From the NCBI GenBank assembly GCA_043767805.1, contig JAYUGC010000186.1, positions 1 through 47,488 of the forward strand: 47,488 nt of DNA. The letters run 5' to 3'. Shown here in pieces: positions 19,900-28,730 of the stretch. Each line of letters opens with the position of its first letter. The stretch's first letter is position 1. This DNA is from Pseudomonadota bacterium. GTDB taxonomy: Bacteria; Bdellovibrionota; FAC87; UBA2466. The notes below the pieces were generated by a model that was not told the origin of the DNA, searched no databases, and saw nothing but the letters and a program-made list of their open reading frames with translations. The position numbers and the translations under genes are program-made.

Positions 19900-21264
19900 A
19901 TGAGTCGCTTCTCAAAAATTCTCAGCTTCGCCTTAGTGACACTCCTGGTGTCGGCCAACGCCTTAGCGGAGTCCTTTCCCTCGGACGACGCGGCTCAGAG
20001 AGCCAAGATTGAAAGCCTTTTGGATAAAGAAATCGGCACTCGCCGCAGCGAACGACCGGCTACCAGCGGCCGCCGCGGTTATCGCTACAACGCCGAAACC
20101 GGATATGCTGCCGATAACAAACCCCCCAGCCGCGATTACTCGGCGGATGCCCGCCGCAATGAGCGCGCCCGTACCTTTGCTGACCCGTACCGCTCCAATG
20201 AAAAGTCCCCAGTCAGAGCTTTCTCCGGAGACTCTCCGGCGGAAACCATGGTCGGCGGCGCGGCACCCGAAGAAGCGGCTCCCGCTCGCAAACAACGGTG
20301 GCGGGTCGAGGGCGAAATCTGGAACTCGCCGGCTCCCAAAGCGAAGACGGAAGCGCCTTCCAACTACCCTTTCGATTCTCAAGATCGCGCTCCCGCCGGT
20401 GATTTCGCCGCCGCTTTCGACAACGGCAACAAGCCCAAGGGCAACAAGTCCCGTCAGGCTTTGCTCAACGTGAAGAAGTGGATGAATACCGAAGATGAAA
20501 AAGCCGCTCGCGCTACTGCCGAGAACGAAGACGATTTTCCCTCGGTCCATGATTACAACGCCCGCATCGGCCTGCTCGGCGGCATGAGCAGCCTCAATAG
20601 CTCCACAGCCACCACCGAGGCCGCTCCGGCGAACTTGTTTCTCGGTCTTTTCACCGACGCGCACTTCGGTCAGTACTTTGGCGCCGAGGTCGAAGGCTTT
20701 TACGGCATCGCGCCGAAGATTCAAGAAGTCGACGTGAACTCCGCTGGCGTGACCACCTCGGACACCACCCGCTCCGTGCAGCACATGGGCGGCATGCTGG
20801 ATTTGAAGGTCCGGTACGCGATTCCCTTCGGTTCCGTCTCGGTGGTTCCGAAGTTCGGTCTCGGATACGGCTTCGTGTCCTTGACTGCGAATGCCTCTTC
20901 CGCGAGCGGCGAAAGCTCTTTGAAGCAGGCCGTGAGCGGCCTTTACTGGATGACGGGCGTCGACATCATCCCGAGCGATTCTTTTTCTCTGGGCATCGAC
21001 TACTCGGCTTCCCTCTCGGCGAGCGGCTCGGCGACGGAAGACAAAGGCGGCACGGTGACGAGCCAAGCCATCGAAGGCGCGGCCTATAACCGCCTCCGCA
21101 TCGGTGCTTACGTCCGGGTACTTACCAAGGTTTCTCTCGGCGCGCAGTTCATCTTGCGCAACCTCACCGCGGGCTCCGCGGGAGCCGCGAGCGTGAACGG
21201 CACTCTCAGCAAGTCGAACGAGGGCTTGAGCCAAATGCTCGGCGTGCTGATGTTCCAGCTCTAA
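19900..21264 (+). CDS. Outer-membrane beta-barrel protein with a long charged N-terminal extension, paralog 2
   Basis: Signal peptide (ANALA); about 200 aa of low-complexity charged sequence, then strands YFGAEVEG, VVPKFGLGYG, YWMTGVDI, VSLGAQF; AAAGGA RBS. Confidence 0.75.
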   Translation: MSRFSKILSFALVTLLVSANALAESFPSDDAAQRAKIESLLDKEIGTRRSERPATSGRRGYRYNAETGYAADNKPPSRDYSADARRNERARTFADPYRSNEKSPVRAFSGDSPAETMVGGAAPEEAAPARKQRWRVEGEIWNSPAPKAKTEAPSNYPFDSQDRAPAGDFAAAFDNGNKPKGNKSRQALLNVKKWMNTEDEKAARATAENEDDFPSVHDYNARIGLLGGMSSLNSSTATTEAAPANLFLGLFTDAHFGQYFGAEVEGFYGIAPKIQEVDVNSAGVTTSDTTRSVQHMGGMLDLKVRYAIPFGSVSVVPKFGLGYGFVSLTANASSASGESSLKQAVSGLYWMTGVDIIPSDSFSLGIDYSASLSASGSATEDKGGTVTSQAIEGAAYNRLRIGAYVRVLTKVSLGAQFILRNLTAGSAGAASVNGTLSKSNEGLSQMLGVLMFQL

Positions 21265-21296
21265 TCTTAGGAGGTAAGGGCCTACCTTTTAAGATT
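21263..21296. terminator. Hairpin between the convergent beta-barrel and gltA genes
   Basis: AATCTTAGGAGGTA-agggcc-TACCTTTTAAGATT, 14-bp stem with G-U pairs. Confidence 0.45.
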
Positions 21297-21308
21297 CGGA
21301 CTATGGGG

Positions 21309-22589
21309 CTAGCGGCGATCGATCGGAACGTAATCGCGCTTAACGGGACCCGTGTAGATCTGTCGCGGACGGCCAATCTTGGAGTCCTTCGCTTCGATCA
21401 TCTCTTTCCACTGCGCAATCCAGCCCGGGAAACGACCCAGCGCGAACATCACCGTGAACATATCGGCCGGGATGTTGAGCATGCGGTAAATGATACCGCT
21501 GTAGAAGTCGACGTTCGGGTAGAGCTTGCGCGAGACGAAGTAATCGTCCGAAAGCGCCACTTCCTCGAGCTGCTTGGCGATGTCAAGGAGCGGATCTTTG
21601 AGTCCCATGCGCGCCAGCACCAAGTCGCACTCGCGCTTGATGATCTTCGCGCGGGGATCGAAGTTCTTGTAAACGCGGTGGCCGAAGCCCATGAGCCGCA
21701 CGCCGGCTTCCTTGTTCTTCACGCGATCGACGTACTTCTTCACGTTGCCGCCTTCTTGGCGGATTTGCTCGAGCATCTCTATGACGGCTTGGTTCGCGCC
21801 GCCGTGGAGCGGGCCCCAAAGCGCCGAGATACCGGCCGAGACGGAAGCGTAGAGATTCGCGCGGCTAGAGCCCACCATGCGCACAGTGGAGGTGCTACAG
21901 TTCTGCTCGTGATCCGCGTGGAGCACGAGAAGGGTGTCGAGCGCTTTCGCCATTTCGGGGATGACCTCGTAAGGCTCCGCGGGAACGGCGTGCATCATCT
22001 TCAGGAAGTTCGAGCAGAAGTCTAAGCTGTTCGTCGGGTAGATAAACGGCTGAGAGATGGCTTTTTTGTAAGACATGGCCGCGATGGTCGGCGCTTTGGC
22101 CAAAAGGCGCGCGATGGAAAGCTCCATCGAAAGCTGGGTGTCGGGCATGTCTTGGTAAAAGGTCGAAAGCGTATTGATGGCCGCCGACAAAGTCGCCATC
22201 GGATGGGCGTCCCGAGGGAAGCCGTCGAAGAAATGGCGCATGTACTCAGGGATCATCGTGTGCCGGGTCAGGTTGGTCTCGAAAACCTGGAGCTCCTGAC
22301 GGTTGGGCAAACGGCCGTAAATCATGAGGTACGTGACTTCGACGAAAGAGGATTTCTCGGCGAGCTGTTCGATGGGATAGCCGCGGTAACGGAGGATGCC
22401 GTTCTCGCCGTCCAGGAAGGTAATCGAGCTTTCGCACGATCCGGTATTCATGTACCCGGAATCGAGGGTGATGAGACCCGTGCGGCTTCGTAGCTCACGG
22501 ATGTCGATTCCCTTCTCGCCTTCCGTCCCCTCGACGATGTCGAAGGTATATTCTTTATCGCCGATACGAAGGACTGCTTTTTCTGCCAT
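21309..22589 (-). CDS. gltA: Citrate synthase (type II)
   Basis: LRYRGYPIEQL, LHADHEQNCST, GPLHGGANQ, MGFGHRVYKNFDPRA, YPNVDFYSG. Confidence 0.98.
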   Translation of the reverse strand: MAEKAVLRIGDKEYTFDIVEGTEGEKGIDIRELRSRTGLITLDSGYMNTGSCESSITFLDGENGILRYRGYPIEQLAEKSSFVEVTYLMIYGRLPNRQELQVFETNLTRHTMIPEYMRHFFDGFPRDAHPMATLSAAINTLSTFYQDMPDTQLSMELSIARLLAKAPTIAAMSYKKAISQPFIYPTNSLDFCSNFLKMMHAVPAEPYEVIPEMAKALDTLLVLHADHEQNCSTSTVRMVGSSRANLYASVSAGISALWGPLHGGANQAVIEMLEQIRQEGGNVKKYVDRVKNKEAGVRLMGFGHRVYKNFDPRAKIIKRECDLVLARMGLKDPLLDIAKQLEEVALSDDYFVSRKLYPNVDFYSGIIYRMLNIPADMFTVMFALGRFPGWIAQWKEMIEAKDSKIGRPRQIYTGPVKRDYVPIDRR

Positions 22590-22688
22590 AACGACCTCTT
22601 AATTAAATGAACGCGCAATGACCAGCACATCCGTTTAAGGCGCCTACCGGTTACCATAAATCCAGACGGCTTGAAACTTCCCCGTTAC

Positions 22689-23528
22689 CTAGTCTTTAGC
22701 CTTCATTCCGGAGCGCTTGGCCAAGGATTTAGCGCGCTTCGTGGCCTGTACGATCGCCTTGATGATCGTGACTCGGAGCTTACCCTCCTCGAGCTCTAGA
22801 AGCCCGTCGATGGTGCAACCAGCCGGGGTCGTCACTTCGTCTTTAAGCGCAGCGGGATGCCGACCCGTAATCTGGAGCATGCGGGCGGAACCCAAAACCG
22901 TTTGAGAGGCGAGCTCGGAGGCGAGCTCGCGCGGGAGGCCGACCTTGATGCCGGCTTCCGTCATGGACTCTAAAATCAGATAAATATAAGCGGGACCGCA
23001 GCCAGACAGGCCGGTGACCGCGTCCATGTGTTTTTCTTCCACTCGGACCAGACGGCCCACGGGAACGAAAACGGATTTCACTCGCTCCCAGTCGCGCTCG
23101 CTACTCGCGGCGTTCAAACACGCGGCCGTGATGCCTTCGCGGACGAAGGCGGGCGTATTGGGCATCGCGCGCGCGATCGGAACGGCTTTCTTCGAGAAGT
23201 TGCCGAACTGAGAAAGCGAGATGCTCGCGATGATGGAAATCAAAGTGTGATCGGGCGTGAGCCGAGGGCCAATCTCTTCCATCACCTCGGCGGCTTGCTG
23301 AGGCTTCACCGCGAGAATGATCGTGGAGCAGGAGTCGACGAGCTCGCGGTTGTTTTTGGAAGGAGCCAGCGAAAACTCGGCTTTCACTTTTTCGGCGCTC
23401 GCCGCGGTCCGGGAGGTGAAGGTGATTTGTTTCGCCGAGAAGGTCTCTGATTCGAGCCACCCCTTGGCGAGACAACGCCCCATGCGACCAAAGCCAATGA
23501 TGCCGATGCGAGAAGTGTCTGCTGCCAT
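22689..23528 (-). CDS. proC: Pyrroline-5-carboxylate reductase
   Basis: IGFGRMG, LAVKPQ, RAMPNTP, TGLSGCGPAY, VTTPAGCT; start at MAADTS 23528. Confidence 0.95.
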   Translation of the reverse strand: MAADTSRIGIIGFGRMGRCLAKGWLESETFSAKQITFTSRTAASAEKVKAEFSLAPSKNNRELVDSCSTIILAVKPQQAAEVMEEIGPRLTPDHTLISIIASISLSQFGNFSKKAVPIARAMPNTPAFVREGITAACLNAASSERDWERVKSVFVPVGRLVRVEEKHMDAVTGLSGCGPAYIYLILESMTEAGIKVGLPRELASELASQTVLGSARMLQITGRHPAALKDEVTTPAGCTIDGLLELEEGKLRVTIIKAIVQATKRAKSLAKRSGMKAKD

Positions 23529-23556
23529 GAGGGAACATTCTCCCACAGGACCTAGC

Positions 23557-24426
23557 CTACTGCCAGGGGGGCGGCGGCAGGTCTTTCTTTGGCGGGCGAA
23601 TGCCTTGGCGGGAGAGCGTGTAAGTTTCCGACCACCCGGTAAGTGCAACGAGCAAAGAAGCCTCGCGGGCTTCTAAGTCCTTGCGTAACGCCGGGTAGAC
23701 TTTCGCGGCGGGACAACGAGGCTTGCCGGTCCAAGGCGGCCGCGTGAAGAACCGAACTCGGTGCGTCCGGGTCGCCGTACGCGGCTTCACGGTGAGCTCG
23801 CTCAAATGGGGGCCGAACTCAAAATCCTGCCGGGTCACGAAAGGCGCCGCGTCCGCCGCGGAATCGGCTGGAAAGACGATCCCGAACTTTTCCCAGTCGG
23901 ATTTTTGAATGCCGTCGGCGCCGACGTCGGCGTACATGAAACGAACCGCCTCGCCCGAGGTCGAGCCGTGTTCCGCCATGGCTTGAATGGCTTTTGGAAA
24001 CTCTTTCTCAATCCACACCGGCAGGGTCGCCCCTGAAGGGAAAGACACGGAGCTAACTCCGCGCACTTCCAAAAGACGTTCCCACGAGAGGGAGTAAAGC
24101 GTGATGGTCTCGCCCTTCTTGAGAGAGAGTTTTGGTAGCAATAAGGAGATATTCTTTGCTTTGATCTTGGGAAGCACGCGCGCTTCGGGGGATGGGGCGG
24201 ACGCCAAAGGCTGAAGGATCTTCGCTGGTGGCGGCAAGAGACAAGGGTCCGCATCGGGCTTTTCGAGAAGGACGGGATCGGTCGCCTTATCGAGCAGAAT
24301 GCCCTCTTCAGCCGAGGCGGTTTCGGCGTACGGCCCGCTATTCCCATCGATGTAAATTAGGACCAACCGGGCCTCGGCCCGGGCCGCCAAAAAGAAGGCA
24401 AAAAGGATAAGCGCGAAGGGTTTCAT
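23557..24426 (-). CDS. Secreted protein resembling a divergent, shortened DUF2330-family protein
   Basis: Signal peptide; C-terminus RPPWTGKPRCPAAKVY...EASLLVALTGWS and middle FPSGATLPVWIEKEF resemble DUF2330 proteins as I recall them. Confidence 0.5.
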   Translation of the reverse strand: MKPFALILFAFFLAARAEARLVLIYIDGNSGPYAETASAEEGILLDKATDPVLLEKPDADPCLLPPPAKILQPLASAPSPEARVLPKIKAKNISLLLPKLSLKKGETITLYSLSWERLLEVRGVSSVSFPSGATLPVWIEKEFPKAIQAMAEHGSTSGEAVRFMYADVGADGIQKSDWEKFGIVFPADSAADAAPFVTRQDFEFGPHLSELTVKPRTATRTHRVRFFTRPPWTGKPRCPAAKVYPALRKDLEAREASLLVALTGWSETYTLSRQGIRPPKKDLPPPPWQ

Positions 24427-24460
24427 GCCTGGATAACCCTATGGTATAGCTTGGGGCCTT

Positions 24461-24534
24461 GGGCGGCTAGCTCAGTTGGTTAGAGCGTCGCGTTTACACC
24501 GCGAAGGTCCACGGTTCGAGCCCGTGGCCGCCCA
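24461..24534 (+). tRNA. tRNA-Val(TAC), CCA not encoded
   Basis: Acceptor GGGCGGC/GCCGCCC, D-arm AGCTCAGTTGGTTAGAGC, anticodon stem TCGCG-TTTACAC-CGCGA, T-arm CACGG-TTCGAGC-CCGTG, discriminator A followed by CGC. Confidence 0.95.
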
Positions 24535-24563
24535 CGCTTTTGCTCCGCAAAAAGCGAGAGATC

Positions 24564-24668
24564 AGTTCTAGATCTAGAGATCAGAAAATAGCCCGGACAA
24601 GACAGGGGCAAGAGGGAGCGAAAGTCGTGCCACTCATGCTCATACTAGATCTAGAACTCATGCTCCTT
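24564..24668. repeat. 14-bp inverted repeat plus a degenerate hexamer tandem array
   Basis: AGTTCTAGATCTAG 24564-77 / CTAGATCTAGAACT 24645-58; CTCATG CTCATA CTAGAT CTAGAA CTCATG CTCCTT at 24633-68. Confidence 0.7.
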
Positions 24669-24729
24669 TCCCCTCGCATGCTCCCCTCTCATTCTTGTGC
24701 TAATTCCTTCGCCCCGGTAATACCCGCCA

Positions 24730-25095
24730 ATGCCGTTTCCATTTGAAAACCTAAACGCCTACCAACAGTCCCTAAAAGTCGTAAGCCTGGCCCAAGACGT
24801 CTGTTCCAGAAACAAAGATAAGTCTCTATTACGCCTTTTCGACCAATTCACCCGCGCCGCCTGGTCAATCCCATTAAACATCGCCGAGGGAAACGGACGC
24901 TGGCATAAGCCCGACAAAAAACAATTCTTCTGGGTTGCCCGCGGCTCAGCCTTTGAATGTGTCCCAATCATTCAAATTCTCAAAGAAAGAGGCGTCTTGG
25001 ATCAGCCGACTTACGCACACTGTTACTTCCTGCTCGAAGAAATCTCCAAAATGCTAAGCGGACTCATAAAGTCAGTGGACTTAGAAAAGACATAA
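24730..25095 (+). CDS. Four-helix-bundle protein (23S rRNA IVS protein / TIGR02436-like family)
   Basis: FENLNAYQ, DQFTRAAWSIPLNIAEGNGR, FFWVARGSAFEC, ISKMLSGLIKS. Confidence 0.9.
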   Translation: MPFPFENLNAYQQSLKVVSLAQDVCSRNKDKSLLRLFDQFTRAAWSIPLNIAEGNGRWHKPDKKQFFWVARGSAFECVPIIQILKERGVLDQPTYAHCYFLLEEISKMLSGLIKSVDLEKT

Positions 25096-25141
25096 GAGCG
25101 ACCGAAAACTCGTGATAAAAGCAGCTCCCCACGAGTTGCAC

Positions 25142-25627
25142 ATGCGATTTGAGACTTTAAAAACGGAGCGACTTACCCTACGCCGGCTGCGAACCGAAGA
25201 CGCGGAGATTTTGGCGAATTACCGCAATCTTCCGGATATAGCGCGGTTTCAAAAATCGTACACTGTCACCAAGGCCCACGCTTTGATCCAGGAAATGGCG
25301 AAGTCGGACCCCTCTGAAAAAGGAAAGTGGTTTCAATTTGCGATTGAGCTCACGGGAAACCGTTTAATCGGAGATATCGGCTTTCTCAATACGGATGAAA
25401 ATCGAAAAAACTGGGTTGGATTCACTCTCGTTCCCGAATACTGGCATTGTGGCTACGCGGCCGAAGCCGTCCACGCGGTTCTCAAATACTATTCGGGTCT
25501 GGGAATCTCTTCTATTTGGGCGTCAACAGATCCCGAGAACTTCGCTTCTATGAAACTGTTGAAGACGCTTGGATTTGCTCTTGTCGAATCGAAGTCAGAC
25601 GACGTGCTTTTTTGCCGCGAGACATGA
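25142..25627 (+). CDS. RimJ/RimL-type GNAT N-acetyltransferase
   Basis: LKTERLTLRRL, LIGDIGF, GFTLVPEYWHCGYAAEAV, NFASMKLLKTLGF. Confidence 0.9.
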   Translation: MRFETLKTERLTLRRLRTEDAEILANYRNLPDIARFQKSYTVTKAHALIQEMAKSDPSEKGKWFQFAIELTGNRLIGDIGFLNTDENRKNWVGFTLVPEYWHCGYAAEAVHAVLKYYSGLGISSIWASTDPENFASMKLLKTLGFALVESKSDDVLFCRET

Positions 25628-25642
25628 TAATTTACCGTTCGA

Positions 25643-27109
25643 ATGTTCGGCAACCTTGGACCAATCGACGCTTCTCTTTGGCCTTCCCTTGAAACAAACG
25701 AGCGCCCTTACGCTGGGCTCGCCACGTCTTTTCCCGGCGATGTTCATTACCGGGGTGAAATCGAAGGTAAACTTCCCGCTTCCTTACGCGGAACACTTTA
25801 CCGAAACGGCCCTGGCCTTTTTGATCGGGATGGACGCCGCAAAAGAATGATCCTCGACGGCGACGGCCTCGCCGAAAGCTTTCATTTCGACGATAAGGGC
25901 GTGGATTTCTCCGCGCGCTTCATTCGCACGCCGAAATACGTCGAGGAAGAAAAAGCCGGGCGATTTCTGCACCCGACATGGTCAACTCTTTCTCCCGCTG
26001 GCTGGTGGCGCAACCTCGGCCTAAAAGTCCAAAACCAAGCAGGTATCACCATCTGCGAATGGGGAGGCCGCGTCTTCGCTTTCGACGAAGGACAAAAACC
26101 GGTGGAGCTCGATCCCTTCACGCTCGGCACGCGAGGCGAAGTGAATATTGTCCCGGGTCGCCCGGAAGTCGCCTTCCAAGCGCACTTCAAGTGGGGAAAG
26201 CGCTCGAAAGAATGGATCCCCTTGTCCGTAAATTACGGCAAGTCCATGACCGCCGAAGCCTTCTTTTTCGACGAGACCGGCCAAGCTAAGGGCAGTCAAA
26301 AAGTAAACTTACCGCGCGCGGTTTACATCCACGACTGGTTCGCGACGGAAAAACATCTCATCTTTCTTTTACACCCTGGTTTCGTAACGCTGGGAAGTTA
26401 CCTAAAGCTTCTTACGGGATTTTTGACCTTCGCGGAAAGCGTCCAATGGAAGCCGCAGGAAGGAAACGTCATCGCCGTCGTCGAGCGTGGCTCCGACAAA
26501 CCACCCCGCCTTTTTGAAACCGACGCCCTCTGGATGTGGCACTCGGCCAATGCCTACGACCGCAAAAACGAAATCGTTTTGGAATTTGTCGGTGACGCGA
26601 GCGGTGGCGGCATCGGCACCACCGATTCCGGCTTCTATCACATCATGTCCGGCAAGGAGCCGTCGGTCGGCGGCCCCGCCACTTCGCTTCTCTATCGGTA
26701 CACCTTGAATCTTTCCAACGGGACTTGCCGACGAGAAACGGTCACGGACGGCGGTAACTTCGAAATGCCCTTTCTCGATCCCGATGATCGCGCCCTGCCC
26801 CATCGCTACGTTTACGTAACGAAAGCCGACTCCGATCAGCTTTTTTGGTCTTCCGTCGTGCGCGTGGACGCGACGACCGGCGCGACGAACGCTTTTCATT
26901 TCGGGAAAGGCTGCTTCTGCACGGAGCCCGTGTTCGCGCGGTCTCTCGAGGGCGGCTGGTTGCTCACCGTGGTGTACGAGCACGCAAAACGAAAGAGTTA
27001 TCTCGCCATATTGAAGGCCGATCGCCTGGAAGACGGCCCAGTCGCGAGAGTGCGCTTACAGCACGCTCTGCCGCTCAGCTTTCACGGCTCGTTCTCGGCC
27101 GCGCGCTGA
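25643..27109 (+). CDS. Carotenoid/lignostilbene cleavage dioxygenase (RPE65 family)
   Basis: GTLYRNGPG, DGDG; four Fe-binding His (QAHFK, IHDW, WHSAN, SFHGSF); EPVF. Confidence 0.92.
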   Translation: MFGNLGPIDASLWPSLETNERPYAGLATSFPGDVHYRGEIEGKLPASLRGTLYRNGPGLFDRDGRRKRMILDGDGLAESFHFDDKGVDFSARFIRTPKYVEEEKAGRFLHPTWSTLSPAGWWRNLGLKVQNQAGITICEWGGRVFAFDEGQKPVELDPFTLGTRGEVNIVPGRPEVAFQAHFKWGKRSKEWIPLSVNYGKSMTAEAFFFDETGQAKGSQKVNLPRAVYIHDWFATEKHLIFLLHPGFVTLGSYLKLLTGFLTFAESVQWKPQEGNVIAVVERGSDKPPRLFETDALWMWHSANAYDRKNEIVLEFVGDASGGGIGTTDSGFYHIMSGKEPSVGGPATSLLYRYTLNLSNGTCRRETVTDGGNFEMPFLDPDDRALPHRYVYVTKADSDQLFWSSVVRVDATTGATNAFHFGKGCFCTEPVFARSLEGGWLLTVVYEHAKRKSYLAILKADRLEDGPVARVRLQHALPLSFHGSFSAAR

Positions 27110-27612
27110 TAGAGGACGACGTCGCCCTTTTTAATCGTCTGAATGAGCGCCGTCGTTTGCCAAGGGCAATACGTCTTCACGGAGTTCATCCAGTCGTCGA
27201 GATGGGTCTCGAGATAAGAAAAATCTCCGTCGCATACTTCCGTCGTCATATCGTCGAAATGAATGGTGCCGGGCTCCAGACAATAGGGCCATTTGTGCCG
27301 CTCTCCGGCCGCGCACTTAACCACGGTTCCCGACAAAATGCCGACCGCGGGATTGCCGGAGGGATCTTTAGTGACGGCCGCTTCCGAAAGATAACCTTCG
27401 AAAGACTTCACGCCTTCCGTGTTAGTGAGTGGCATTTCCACGACGAATGTCCGGTCGGGCCAGCGGGTGTCTTTTAGAACGAACTCGTACCCCGTCTTTT
27501 TTTCGGCTGGGGTCGCGGGCCCCTCCACCACTACCGTTCCCGGGTCCTTTTTCGCGCAAGCCAGGGGAAACAGAAAAACGGGCACCAAGAGAATCTTCGC
27601 AAGTGCTTTCAC
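27082..27612 (-). CDS. Lipoprotein with a BP74-related Cys-containing domain
   Basis: PLAC lipobox; IHFDDMTTEVCDG...YLETHLDDW...YCPW pattern. Confidence 0.6.
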   Translation of the reverse strand: MKALAKILLVPVFLFPLACAKKDPGTVVVEGPATPAEKKTGYEFVLKDTRWPDRTFVVEMPLTNTEGVKSFEGYLSEAAVTKDPSGNPAVGILSGTVVKCAAGERHKWPYCLEPGTIHFDDMTTEVCDGDFSYLETHLDDWMNSVKTYCPWQTTALIQTIKKGDVVLYQRAAENEP

Positions 27613-27658
27613 GAGGACAAAAGTATCCCGTTCGCCCCCAAAATTCGAGCCGTATCGA

Positions 27659-28687
27659 TTATTTTTTAATGAGGCCGAGAACCGCCTGGGGACTGCACGC
27701 GTCGAAGCCCGCGGGAAGCTCGAGCTTCGAGGCCTTCGAGAAATTCTTGTTGAACGACCGGAAGATCGCCGGATCGAACTTGCCCGGCTGCATGCCGAAC
27801 ATGCAGTTCATCGCCTCTTTCGGCGAGATGGCCTTGTGGTACGAGCGGTCCGTCGTCAAAGCATCGAAGACGTCGGCGATGGTCACGATACGGGCAAGAT
27901 TATTGATGTCCTCGCCCTTGAGTCCATTCGGATATCCGGTCCCATCGAAGTTCTCGTGATGCTGATAGACGACGAGGCGGCTCAAGTCGGGGACGCAACC
28001 CACGTGCTCGAGGCAATCTCTGCCCGTCGTGGGGTGGCGCTTAATCTCTTCCCACTCGCTCGGCGTGAGGGCGCCTTTTTTATTAATGACGTTCGAATCG
28101 ATCTCGCGCTTTCCGATGTCGTGGAGAAGGCCGCCGAGACCGGCCGCAATCAGCATGTTCCGATCTTCACCGAAAATCCGGCGAGCCAACACGATGGAGT
28201 ACACCGCCACGTCGACGCAGTGGTTGTAGGTGTAATAATCATGACGAGAAAGGTTCATGAGCGAGCTGACCGCTTCCATGTCGGCGGTCAGAAAGGTGAC
28301 CATTTCCTCGACGAGATTCGAGGCTTCATTGATCACATGGCCCACTTCTTTTTTCGTGAAGAGATCGTTCACGTGCAGGAACGCGGACTCTTTCAAAAAC
28401 TTGCCCTTCATCTCGGAAGAGGAGTCCGGATCGTGAACGATGTTGATGAGCGAGTTGCGGTAAATCGAGCGCTCATCGTTGGCGACTAAAAACTTCTCGC
28501 CGCCGTGGCTAAACAGAAGCGTCATGCGGTCCGTGGTGAGCACGTCCCCTTTGCGCCGAAAGAGCACCGGCTTTCCCGCGACGTACAGATAGAGATCGAA
28601 AAGCAGTGGGACCTCGGGGGTCACGCTGGTGATTCGGATCTCGAAATACTGCGCCAGGTTCTGATTGAGTTCTAAGAGTGATTGCAT
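27659..28687 (-). CDS. HD-GYP domain cyclic-dinucleotide phosphodiesterase
   Basis: YTYNHCVDV, LLHDIGK, HHENFDGTGYPNGL, IADVFDALTTDRSY. Confidence 0.93.
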   Translation of the reverse strand: MQSLLELNQNLAQYFEIRITSVTPEVPLLFDLYLYVAGKPVLFRRKGDVLTTDRMTLLFSHGGEKFLVANDERSIYRNSLINIVHDPDSSSEMKGKFLKESAFLHVNDLFTKKEVGHVINEASNLVEEMVTFLTADMEAVSSLMNLSRHDYYTYNHCVDVAVYSIVLARRIFGEDRNMLIAAGLGGLLHDIGKREIDSNVINKKGALTPSEWEEIKRHPTTGRDCLEHVGCVPDLSRLVVYQHHENFDGTGYPNGLKGEDINNLARIVTIADVFDALTTDRSYHKAISPKEAMNCMFGMQPGKFDPAIFRSFNKNFSKASKLELPAGFDACSPQAVLGLIKK

Positions 28688-28702
28688 AGGCCCGCCTGTT
28701 TG

Positions 28703-28730
28703 CTTATCGGAAGGCCTGCCCGAAAATTAG
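28703..28730 (-). promoter_or_regulatory. Candidate sigma28 (FliA) promoter for the HD-GYP gene
   Basis: Minus strand CTAA-N15-TCCGATAA(G), just upstream of ATG 28687. Confidence 0.45.

Noticed and set aside
19963..21234. 423-aa minus-strand ORF
   Set aside because: Antisense to the beta-barrel gene, which has a signal peptide, an RBS and a paralog
24540..24746. 68-aa ORF containing LMLILDLELMLL
   Set aside because: The periodicity is just the translation of the hexamer repeat; no RBS support
24730..25095. Diversity-generating retroelement (Avd-like gene)
   Set aside because: No reverse transcriptase and no TR/VR repeat pair seen in the window
24461..27109. Prophage or integrative element at tRNA-Val
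   Set aside because: No integrase, no phage genes, and no duplicated tRNA 3' end (att site) found by eye
27419..28489. 356-aa plus-strand ORF
   Set aside because: Antisense to the HD-GYP and lipoprotein genes, which carry clear motifs
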